Shown here piece by piece: positions 41,457 through 48,858 of a stretch of DNA of 64,000 bases (the first letter of the stretch is position 1; the number at the start of each line of letters is the position of its first letter). Origin of the DNA: an uncultured Prevotellaceae bacterium (GTDB taxonomy: Bacteria; Bacteroidota; Bacteroidia; Bacteroidales; UBA932). The stretch spans positions 4,433 through 68,432 of the forward strand of contig OMVB01000157.1 of the NCBI GenBank assembly GCA_900314395.1, in the 5' to 3' direction. Made by a program: the position numbers and the translations under genes. The notes beneath the pieces are model-generated. The model saw only the letters and a list, made by a program, of their open reading frames with translations, was not told the DNA's origin and did no database searches.

Positions 41457-41900
41457 TTAGAACCTGAAGTTGATTCCGGCGCCAAGGACAAACTGGTCGT
41501 ATTTGCTGATTACGTATTTAACATCAGCAGCGAAGATAAGTACATCGGTAAGAGGGAACTCAATACCTGCACCTACGTTGATACCGGGCTTGGTAGAAGC
41601 GTGCTTGATGCTTGTAAGGTTAAGTCCTGCAAAAGGATAGAAAGTTACTGACTCGTTGCCAAGGAGGTACTGAGCGTTAGCGTTTACCTCAAATACGTTA
41701 GCATTGTCGTCCGGGTAGAAGTTGAATCCGAGTTCACCGCGGATGTCATTCTCAAAACCGTACTGACCAAGAATGCCGATACCGATTTTCTCGATTTCGC
41801 TACCATAAAGGAAACGAGCGCCAACGGACTTTTCGCCCTTCTGTGCGAATGCTGCAACGCTGATGAGAGCGGCTGCAATTACAAGTGCTAATTTTTTCAT
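41457..41900 (-). CDS. Small outer-membrane beta-barrel protein (OmpA-TM/PorT-like)
   Basis: Signal peptide, alternating amphipathic strands, C-terminal GINFRF. Confidence 0.8.
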   Translation of the reverse strand: MKKLALVIAAALISVAAFAQKGEKSVGARFLYGSEIEKIGIGILGQYGFENDIRGELGFNFYPDDNANVFEVNANAQYLLGNESVTFYPFAGLNLTSIKHASTKPGINVGAGIEFPLTDVLIFAADVKYVISKYDQFVLGAGINFRF

Positions 41901-41936
41901 AATACTATTGGTTTAAGTGTACTTAAATAATCTTTG

Positions 41937-44663
41937 TTACTTGCTCTGCTCGATCTGGGCCTGTGCCGCAGCAAGGCGGGCGATAGGCACGCGGAAAGGT
42001 GAGCAGGATACGTAGTCGATGCCGATGCGGTTGAAGAACTTGATTGAATCAGGGTCTCCGCCATGCTCACCGCAAACACCGCACTTAAGCTCAGGACGGC
42101 GGCTGCGGCCGGAATTGATACCGTACTCTACGAGCTTGCCGACACCCTTCTGGTCGATTGTCTGGAAAGGATCGAAGTCTAGGAGCTTGTTGCCAAGGTA
42201 CTCACCCATGAAGGTGCCGATGTCGTCGCGGCTGAAGCCGAAGGTCATCTGGGTAAGGTCGTTGGTACCGAAGCTGAAGAACTCTGCGGCGCGGGCCATG
42301 CGGTCTCCGGTAAGGGCGGCGCGGGGGATTTCAATCATGGTACCGAACTGGTACTTGATGTTCTCCATCAGGCGGCCTTCTACCTCTGCCTTGATACGGT
42401 CGCAGATAGCTTTCTGGAAGCTGAGCTCACGTGCGGAAATGGTTACAGGAATCATAATCTCCGGCATGGGGTGCTTGCCTTCCTTCTGGAGCTCTGCGGT
42501 AGCCTCGAAGATTGCGCGGTACTCTGTCTCCGCAATCAGAGGGAAGCTGACGTGCAGACGTACTCCGCGGTGACCCATCATAGGGTTCATCTCATGCAGG
42601 GACTCGCTGCGCTTCTCTACTTCTTCTACAGTGATACCCAGCTCTTTGGCGATTTCTTTCTTCTTTTCTTCTGTCTGGGGAACGAACTCGTGCAGAGGCG
42701 GGTCAAGGAGACGGAATACAACCGGCTTGCCGTCCATGATTGCGAGGGTGCTCTTTACAGCAGCCTTGATGTAAGGCTCAAGGTCTGCAAGGGCGCGGCG
42801 GCGCTCCTCGTCGCTGTCGCAGAGAATCATCTTGCGCATCTTTGCAAGAGGGAGTTCAGAGTTCTTGCCGTAGAACATGTGCTCTATACGGAAGAGGCCG
42901 ATGCCTTCTGCTCCGAACTTCATTGCGCGTGCTGCATCCTCCGGAGTATCTGCGTTGGTACGGATACCGAGCTTGCGGAATTTGTCCACGATATTCATGA
43001 ATTTGGCGAACAGAGGGTTCTCTGTTGCGTCCATGGTGTCGATGCGCTCTGTATAAACAAGGCCCTTGGCGCCGTTGAGGCTAACCCAGTCGCCTTCTTT
43101 GAACTTCTTGGGGTTGTCGCCGAAGGTGACATACCCTTCCTCGAAGTTGATCTTCATGGTGTCGCAACCTACGATGCAGCATTTACCCCAACCACGTGCT
43201 ACAAGAGCAGCGTGGGAGGTCATACCGCCGCGCATGGTAAGGATACCTGAACTTGCGCGCATACCCTCGATGTCCTCAGGGGAGGTCTCTTCACGGATGA
43301 GGATGGTCTTGCGGCCTTCTTTCTGGGCCTGCATTGCTGCCTCTGAGGTGAATACGATGGTACCTACTGCTCCGCCGGGAGAAGCGGGAAGTCCTGCTGC
43401 GGCAACCTTTGCCTTCTTCTCTGATGCGGGGTCAAGGATAGGGTGGAGAACCTCGTCAAGCTGGTTGGGCGCTACGCGCATAACAGCGGTCTTTTCGTCG
43501 ATGAGGCCTTCGTCAAGCATATCCATGGCCATCTGGAGGGCTGCAAGGCCGGTGCGTTTTCCGTTACGGCACTGGAGCATCCAGAGTTTGCCTTCCTGGA
43601 TAGTGAACTCGATGTCCTGCATATCGTGGAAGTGGTTTTCAAGGTGCAGACGGATCTCGTCCAGCTCTTTGTAAACCTCCGGCATTGCTTTTTCAAGGGA
43701 AGCGAGGTTCTTGTTTTTGTCGCTCTTTGTGGCCTCGTTAAGAGGGTTAGGTGTGCGGATACCTGCAACTACGTCCTCTCCCTGTGCGTTGATAAGCCAT
43801 TCTCCGTAGAATTTGTTGTCTCCGTTGGCAGGGTTACGGGAGAATGCAACACCTGTTGCAGAGGTTTCTCCCATGTTGCCGAATACCATTGACTGTACGT
43901 TTACTGCTGTGCCCCAGTCATCCGGAATTTTTTCGATTCTGCGATATGCGATTGCGCGTTTTCCGTTCCAGCTCTTGAATACGCCGCCGATGGAGCCCCA
44001 AAGCTGGGCGTTTGCATCGTCCGGGAATTCAACGCCAAGAACTTCCTTTACGCGTACCTTGAAGGCTTCTGCGAGGTCACGGAGTTCTTCTGCGGTGATA
44101 TCGGTATCTGAAGCGTAACCTTTTGCGTCCTTAAGTTCCTGCATCATGCGGTCCAGTTGCTGGCGGATGCCCTGGCCGTCTGCGGGCTCGATGCCTTCTG
44201 CTTTCTCCATTACGACATCGGAGTACATCATAATGAGACGGCGGTATGCATCGTAAACGAAGCGGGGGTTGCCGGTCTTCTTGATCATTCCGGGAATGGT
44301 AGCGGAGCAAAGGCCGATGTTAAGGATTGTATCCATCATTCCGGGCATTGACTGTCTTGCGCCGCTTCGGCAGCTTACAAGGAGCGGGTCGTTCGGGTCG
44401 CCGAACTTTTTGCCCATGATATCTTCTGTGGCTTTAAGAGCCTGTGCGACGTCTTTCTTGAGGTCGTTGCTGTAGCCGCCGCCAAGTGCGTAGTATTCTG
44501 CGCAGCATTCTGTTGTAATGGTGAATCCTGCGGGTACAGGCATACCGAGCAGACTCATCTCGGCAAGATTGGCTCCTTTACCACCAAGGAGTTCTCTCAT
44601 CTTTCCGTTTCCTTCTGCGGTTTTTCCGCCAAAACGATAAACTCTTTTCTTGTCTTCGAACAT
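41937..44663 (-). CDS. ppdK: Pyruvate, phosphate dikinase
   Basis: LLGGKGANLAEM, GMMDTILN, GGMTSHAA phospho-His, FSFGTNDLTQ and GVCGEHGG. Confidence 0.98.
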   Translation of the reverse strand: MFEDKKRVYRFGGKTAEGNGKMRELLGGKGANLAEMSLLGMPVPAGFTITTECCAEYYALGGGYSNDLKKDVAQALKATEDIMGKKFGDPNDPLLVSCRSGARQSMPGMMDTILNIGLCSATIPGMIKKTGNPRFVYDAYRRLIMMYSDVVMEKAEGIEPADGQGIRQQLDRMMQELKDAKGYASDTDITAEELRDLAEAFKVRVKEVLGVEFPDDANAQLWGSIGGVFKSWNGKRAIAYRRIEKIPDDWGTAVNVQSMVFGNMGETSATGVAFSRNPANGDNKFYGEWLINAQGEDVVAGIRTPNPLNEATKSDKNKNLASLEKAMPEVYKELDEIRLHLENHFHDMQDIEFTIQEGKLWMLQCRNGKRTGLAALQMAMDMLDEGLIDEKTAVMRVAPNQLDEVLHPILDPASEKKAKVAAAGLPASPGGAVGTIVFTSEAAMQAQKEGRKTILIREETSPEDIEGMRASSGILTMRGGMTSHAALVARGWGKCCIVGCDTMKINFEEGYVTFGDNPKKFKEGDWVSLNGAKGLVYTERIDTMDATENPLFAKFMNIVDKFRKLGIRTNADTPEDAARAMKFGAEGIGLFRIEHMFYGKNSELPLAKMRKMILCDSDEERRRALADLEPYIKAAVKSTLAIMDGKPVVFRLLDPPLHEFVPQTEEKKKEIAKELGITVEEVEKRSESLHEMNPMMGHRGVRLHVSFPLIAETEYRAIFEATAELQKEGKHPMPEIMIPVTISARELSFQKAICDRIKAEVEGRLMENIKYQFGTMIEIPRAALTGDRMARAAEFFSFGTNDLTQMTFGFSRDDIGTFMGEYLGNKLLDFDPFQTIDQKGVGKLVEYGINSGRSRRPELKCGVCGEHGGDPDSIKFFNRIGIDYVSCSPFRVPIARLAAAQAQIEQSK

Positions 44664-44748
44664 AGTTTGTCTTTATTATTAATTATTGTTTACTTATTTC
44701 TTTTTCAATAACTCGCAAATATACATAAATTTATTTTAATTATCGTAC

Positions 44749-44808
44749 AGTGCTGACTTCAAAGTCCAAAAATTAAGGGTCCATGGACTTTGAGGTCAAC
44801 ACAGCACT
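44749..44808 (+). repeat. Long palindrome family B, copy 5 (downstream of phoH)
   Basis: TGACTTCAAAGTCC, loop AAAAATTAAGGGTCCAT, GGACTTTGAGGTCA; compensatory GTCC/GGAC. Confidence 0.85.
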
Positions 44809-44812
44809 ATCT

Positions 44813-46147
44813 TTATAGCAACTTTGCGGCGAGTTCTGAAAGCTCGCTGCGCTCTCCTTTGCGCAGGAAGACATGCTGGAAGAGCTTCTGGCCGGCCATC
44901 TTCTCTCCCAGATGGGTGAGGCCGTTGCTCCACTGGTCCAGGTAGGGCTGGTCGATCTGGAAGATGTCGCCCGTGAAAACCATCTTGGTGCCTTCTCCGG
45001 CGCGGGTTATGATGGTCTTGATCTCATGAGGGGTGAGGTTCTGGGCCTCATCGATAATGAAATAAACGTTCCCGAGGCTGCGTCCGCGGATGTATGCCAG
45101 CGGGGTGATGAGCAGTTTTTCGTCCTTCAGGAAGCTGTCGATTCTCTGGGCTTCCTTGCTGGAGGGACGGTACTGCGCCTTGATTACGTTAAGGTTGTCC
45201 ATGAGGGGCTGCAGGAAGGGAGCCATTTTGGTCTTCTCGTCTCCCGGGAGGAAGCCAATCTCCTGATTACCAAGTATTACCGTGGGCCTGGTGAGGATTA
45301 TCTGGTCATATTTTCCCATCTGCTCCAATGCCGATGCCAGCGCTATCAGGGTCTTTCCCGTGCCGGCGCCTCCGGTGAGGGAAACCAGCTTTATGTCCGG
45401 GTTAAGACAGGCGTCGATGGCAAAGCGTTGCTCGTCGTTGCGGGGCTTGATGCCGTAGACTTCTTTTTTGCGGACCAGGCCGATGACATCCCGGTCTGCG
45501 TCATAGCGGGCGCAGATAAAGTCGCCGCCGTCGTCCTTGCGGAGCTTGAACAGCTGGTTGGGGCTGGGCTTCTTGGCCACGAGTTCCTTCCACGGCACTG
45601 AGTTGTCCTGCCCAAAGGCTATTTTTGCAACAGCCTCTGCGGGGGCCTTGTCCATTACAACGACCTCTTTCTGGGTGAATTCCACACGCTCGTCCTCTAC
45701 TTTGTCGGTCAAGTAATCCTGGGCCTCCATATCTGCCGCCTTGGCCTTCAGGCGAAGGTTTATGTCCTTGGTTACCAGGGCGGTGAAGCGTCCCGGGTGG
45801 TTGTCGCGCACCCAGATTGCGGTGGCCAGGATGCGGTGGTCCTGGATGTCGTCCTTGAAGAGGTCCTGCATATTGGCGGGGAAGGGATGGTTGGGCTCGA
45901 TTTTTATGCGTCCCAGGTTCTTGCCGATGGGAACTCCGTCAACGCCGAACCGCTTCCCGTTGGTGAGTTTGTTGATTTCGCGCATGAAGCCGCGGGCGTT
46001 GTAGCTGAGGGCGTCGTTGCCTTTCTTGAATTTGTCCAACTCTTCTATTACGGCCATCGGTATTACGATGTCGTTATCCTGGAACTTCCTGATTGAGCGG
46101 TAGTCGTGCAGGATGATATTGGTGTCGAGAACGAATATTTTTGCCAT
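44813..46147 (-). CDS. PIN-PhoH (PhoH2/YlaK-like) protein
   Basis: N-terminal PIN (FVLDTNIIL, VIEELD, QDHRIL, TKDINLR); C-terminal GGAGTGKT, YIRGRSL and DEAQN. Confidence 0.92.
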   Translation of the reverse strand: MAKIFVLDTNIILHDYRSIRKFQDNDIVIPMAVIEELDKFKKGNDALSYNARGFMREINKLTNGKRFGVDGVPIGKNLGRIKIEPNHPFPANMQDLFKDDIQDHRILATAIWVRDNHPGRFTALVTKDINLRLKAKAADMEAQDYLTDKVEDERVEFTQKEVVVMDKAPAEAVAKIAFGQDNSVPWKELVAKKPSPNQLFKLRKDDGGDFICARYDADRDVIGLVRKKEVYGIKPRNDEQRFAIDACLNPDIKLVSLTGGAGTGKTLIALASALEQMGKYDQIILTRPTVILGNQEIGFLPGDEKTKMAPFLQPLMDNLNVIKAQYRPSSKEAQRIDSFLKDEKLLITPLAYIRGRSLGNVYFIIDEAQNLTPHEIKTIITRAGEGTKMVFTGDIFQIDQPYLDQWSNGLTHLGEKMAGQKLFQHVFLRKGERSELSELAAKLL

Positions 46148-46172
46148 TTTTATGTGATTTTTGCCGATGATT

Positions 46173-47291
46173 TCAGTCTTCTCCTTCCGATGCGTTGTCC
46201 ATTAACGATATGAGGATGCCTTTGAGCGCGCTGCCCGATGTGTCCAGCGTCAGGGCGCCGTCGGCGCCGGATAACTGTCCCAGGGGGTAGTATGCGACGT
46301 CCTGCAGCAGCAGTTCCGCGTCTATGTAGTCGAAGTCGTAATCTTTGATCTGGATTAGTACGCCGGGGATTTCCCCGAAGAGCAGTTTGGTGATGTCTTC
46401 TTCCTCTGCGGCGCGGGCCACACTGGCGATGTCGGCGGTGAAAGCTTTGTTACCGATGAATTTGTACAGGGCTGTATACAGGCCGCCATCGGCAACGGGA
46501 GTGCCTGCAACGGCAACGCCGTCTTCTACCAGTTCGCGGACGACTTCATAACAGTCTATGAAGTAGTCTGCGTCTGTGACGTCCGGGGATTTGCCGCCTT
46601 CTTTCCCGGTGGCCTGGGCCAGCAGGGAGCCGCCAAGGCGGTAGCGGCAGGTGTCGAATGGTATGTAGATTATCCAGTCGCCCTTTGACGGAATGGCCAG
46701 GGGGCTGGTTTTAAGGGCTTTTCCTATGTGTGCGTCCGGGGTTATGAAGGGGCTTTCTTCAAAAAGGGTGTCTTCTCCCGGGAGGCTGGCTACGGTGTCG
46801 CATCTGATTTGCAGGGAGTTGGCGGCTCCGGGGGCAAGGCTGTAGCCGCCCAGTTTTACGCCCAGGTTGTCCATGTATTCGCAGGCCCAGGATACGGATT
46901 CGTAGAATGCGGCCATGCTGCCGATGGGGGCTTCGTTCCAGATCCAGTCTGCCTGCGGTCTAAGGTCTCCCAGTTTGAAGTGGCCTTCTTTGAAAAGGGC
47001 TTCCAGCAGGCCTCTGGCTACTGCCAGGCGGCTTAGGGAGCCGCTGTAGCATAGCGGGAAGCTTTCTCTTTTGGTGCTGGCGACGGCTTTTGCGTAGGAT
47101 TTCGCCAGGGTTGGTTCAAAGTAGCCGTTGCCCGGCTGGGGGTCTGCGGCTTCGTCTATGATATCTTCCTGGCCGGGCTCCGGGGAGGTGTTTCCTGCGG
47201 GCTGGTCCTGACAGAGTGCGGAAAGGATTTCGCGTGGCGTAGCGTCCATTTCGCGTCCGTCGATGATGTAATGTGAGTCTAATGCTTTCAT
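46173..47291 (-). CDS. Divergent stand-alone PurM/PurL-like (AIR synthase-related) domain protein
   Basis: RLGGSLLAQ, DVTDADYFIDCYEVVRELVEDG, DGGLYTAL and LFGEIPGVLIQ resemble the second PurM-like domain of large PurL. Confidence 0.6.
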   Translation of the reverse strand: MKALDSHYIIDGREMDATPREILSALCQDQPAGNTSPEPGQEDIIDEAADPQPGNGYFEPTLAKSYAKAVASTKRESFPLCYSGSLSRLAVARGLLEALFKEGHFKLGDLRPQADWIWNEAPIGSMAAFYESVSWACEYMDNLGVKLGGYSLAPGAANSLQIRCDTVASLPGEDTLFEESPFITPDAHIGKALKTSPLAIPSKGDWIIYIPFDTCRYRLGGSLLAQATGKEGGKSPDVTDADYFIDCYEVVRELVEDGVAVAGTPVADGGLYTALYKFIGNKAFTADIASVARAAEEEDITKLLFGEIPGVLIQIKDYDFDYIDAELLLQDVAYYPLGQLSGADGALTLDTSGSALKGILISLMDNASEGED

Positions 47292-47336
47292 TTGTCCTCA
47301 AAAATAAGTATTTTTGAAGTGAAATCAAAATGTAAG

Positions 47337-48851
47337 ATGAACGAATTGGAATATAAGGAATTATTGGACGGGATTTTCCGGAGGTTCCCAAGTGTGCAGA
47401 GTGCGGGATTTTCGGGGGATGCGTATAAGCCTGGTTTGGATAATATGGTGCGTTTCCTGGAGGTTTTGGGGAATCCTCATAAGGAGTTCCGGTGTGTTCA
47501 TGTGGCGGGGACTAACGGAAAGGGGTCTGTGTGTAATATGCTTGCGTCGGCTTTTGCTGCAACTGGCTGTAAGACAGGTCTTTATACTTCCCCTCATATT
47601 CTTGATTTCCGGGAGCGGATGCGGATAGTCGATGAAGTCCGTGGGGACAACCCAAAGGCCGAAAATAAGGGTCCATGGCCTTTGGGTTGTCCCACGGACC
47701 CTACGGCTTTCGGGAGCAATACCCCAAAGGCCGAAAATAAGGGTCTATGGCCTTCGGGGTATTCTCCCGACAAGCCTATATGGTATTTGGTACCAAAGGA
47801 GTATGTTTTCCAGTTCCTGAAGCAGTGGGCGGGGACTTTCGACCGGCTGCGGCTGTCGTTTTTTGAGATTACGACGGGGATGGCTTTCAAGTGGTTTGCG
47901 GATGAGGGGGTGGATGTGGCTGTGATTGAGGTTGGATTGGGTGGCCGTCTGGACAGTACGAATGTTATTACTCCGGAGCTTAGCATTATTACTTCTATTG
48001 GCTTGGATCACTGTGATTTGCTGGGGGATTCGCTGGAGAAGATTGCATATGAGAAGGCGGGGATTATTAAGCCTGGGGTGCCGGTTGTGATTGGGGAGTA
48101 TCGCCCGGAGACTGCTCCGGTGTTCCGCCAGGTGGCGTCTGAGCGCAAATCTCCGATTTTCTTTGCCGAGGAATCAGGTCTTCGGACAGTATATCCGAAG
48201 GCCGAGACATCCCAAATCCGGCTGGATTTGCAAGGGGAGTACCAGAGGGCGAACCTTCGGACGGTGCTGACGGCGCTTGGCGTCCTTGGGATGCCCGGTC
48301 GGGCCGGGCATGACGAAGGTCCGTCATTGCCGGCCGCGACCGGCAATCTGACCGCTGCGGTTAGGGAGGCGATAGCGCATACGGCGGCGCGGACGGGCTT
48401 CGGGGGCCGCTGGGAGCATCTGAGCGAGGACCCGCTGGTTATCTGCGACATCGGCCATAATGCGCATGCGTTGAGCCATAACTTCCCGCAGTTGGAGGGG
48501 ATGATGGAGAGCGGCGTATATGATTGTTTGATAATTGTTTACGCTGTGATGGCGGATAAGGATCTGGACGCTATTCTGCCGCTTATGCCGCGTTGCGCGC
48601 ATTATATTTTCACTACCCCCAAAGGCAAGCGCGCCCTGCCGGCCGCTAAGATTCAGGAAAAATACGATGATTACGGTCTTCGGACAGTGTATCCGAAGGC
48701 CGCTGTCGCCATTGACGATGTGCAGGAAGCGGTGAGGGAAGCGCTTAAGACAGCATCGGCGTATAAAAAACCAATAATATATATCGGTGGCAGTACTTTT
48801 GCAGTAGCAGAGGCTAAACCAATTTTCCAGAAGGAAGCAAACCAAAAATAA
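47337..48851 (+). CDS. folC: Folylpolyglutamate synthase/dihydrofolate synthase with repeat-derived insertions
   Basis: HVAGTNGKGS, YTSPH, SFFE, EVGLGGRLDSTN and DIGHN motifs; start placed downstream of -7 TATTTTTG (47309-47316). Confidence 0.93.
   Translation: MNELEYKELLDGIFRRFPSVQSAGFSGDAYKPGLDNMVRFLEVLGNPHKEFRCVHVAGTNGKGSVCNMLASAFAATGCKTGLYTSPHILDFRERMRIVDEVRGDNPKAENKGPWPLGCPTDPTAFGSNTPKAENKGLWPSGYSPDKPIWYLVPKEYVFQFLKQWAGTFDRLRLSFFEITTGMAFKWFADEGVDVAVIEVGLGGRLDSTNVITPELSIITSIGLDHCDLLGDSLEKIAYEKAGIIKPGVPVVIGEYRPETAPVFRQVASERKSPIFFAEESGLRTVYPKAETSQIRLDLQGEYQRANLRTVLTALGVLGMPGRAGHDEGPSLPAATGNLTAAVREAIAHTAARTGFGGRWEHLSEDPLVICDIGHNAHALSHNFPQLEGMMESGVYDCLIIVYAVMADKDLDAILPLMPRCAHYIFTTPKGKRALPAAKIQEKYDDYGLRTVYPKAAVAIDDVQEAVREALKTASAYKKPIIYIGGSTFAVAEAKPIFQKEANQK
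47641..47770 (+). repeat. Long palindrome family B, copies 6 and 7 (tandem, in-frame in folC)
   Basis: CCCAAAGGCC-GAAAATAAGGGTC(C/T)AT-GGCCTT(T/C)GGG twice with different outer arms; encodes PKAENKGPWPLG and PKAENKGLWPSG. Confidence 0.9.
48177..48203 (+). repeat. Hairpin family C, copy 1 (in-frame in folC)
   Basis: GGTCTTCGGA-CAGTATA-TCCGAAGGCC encodes GLRTVYPKA. Confidence 0.85.
48287..48350. repeat. Inverted pair of CGTC-tagged REP-like hairpins (in-frame in folC)
   Basis: Minus strand CGTC-ATGCCCGG-CCCGA-CCGGGCAT and plus strand CGTC-ATTGCCGG-CCGCGA-CCGGCAAT, back to back; boundaries approximate. Confidence 0.8.
48675..48701 (+). repeat. Hairpin family C, copy 2 (in-frame in folC)
   Basis: GGTCTTCGGA-CAGTGTA-TCCGAAGGCC, 26/27 identical to copy 1, again encoding GLRTVYPKA. 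Confidence 0.85.
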
Positions 48852-48858
48852 ACCGGAT

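Noticed and set aside
47641-47770. CRISPR-like repeat-spacer-repeat in folC
   Set aside because: Only two units, each a long palindrome from a dispersed family, in-frame in a CDS; no cas genes or leader in the window.
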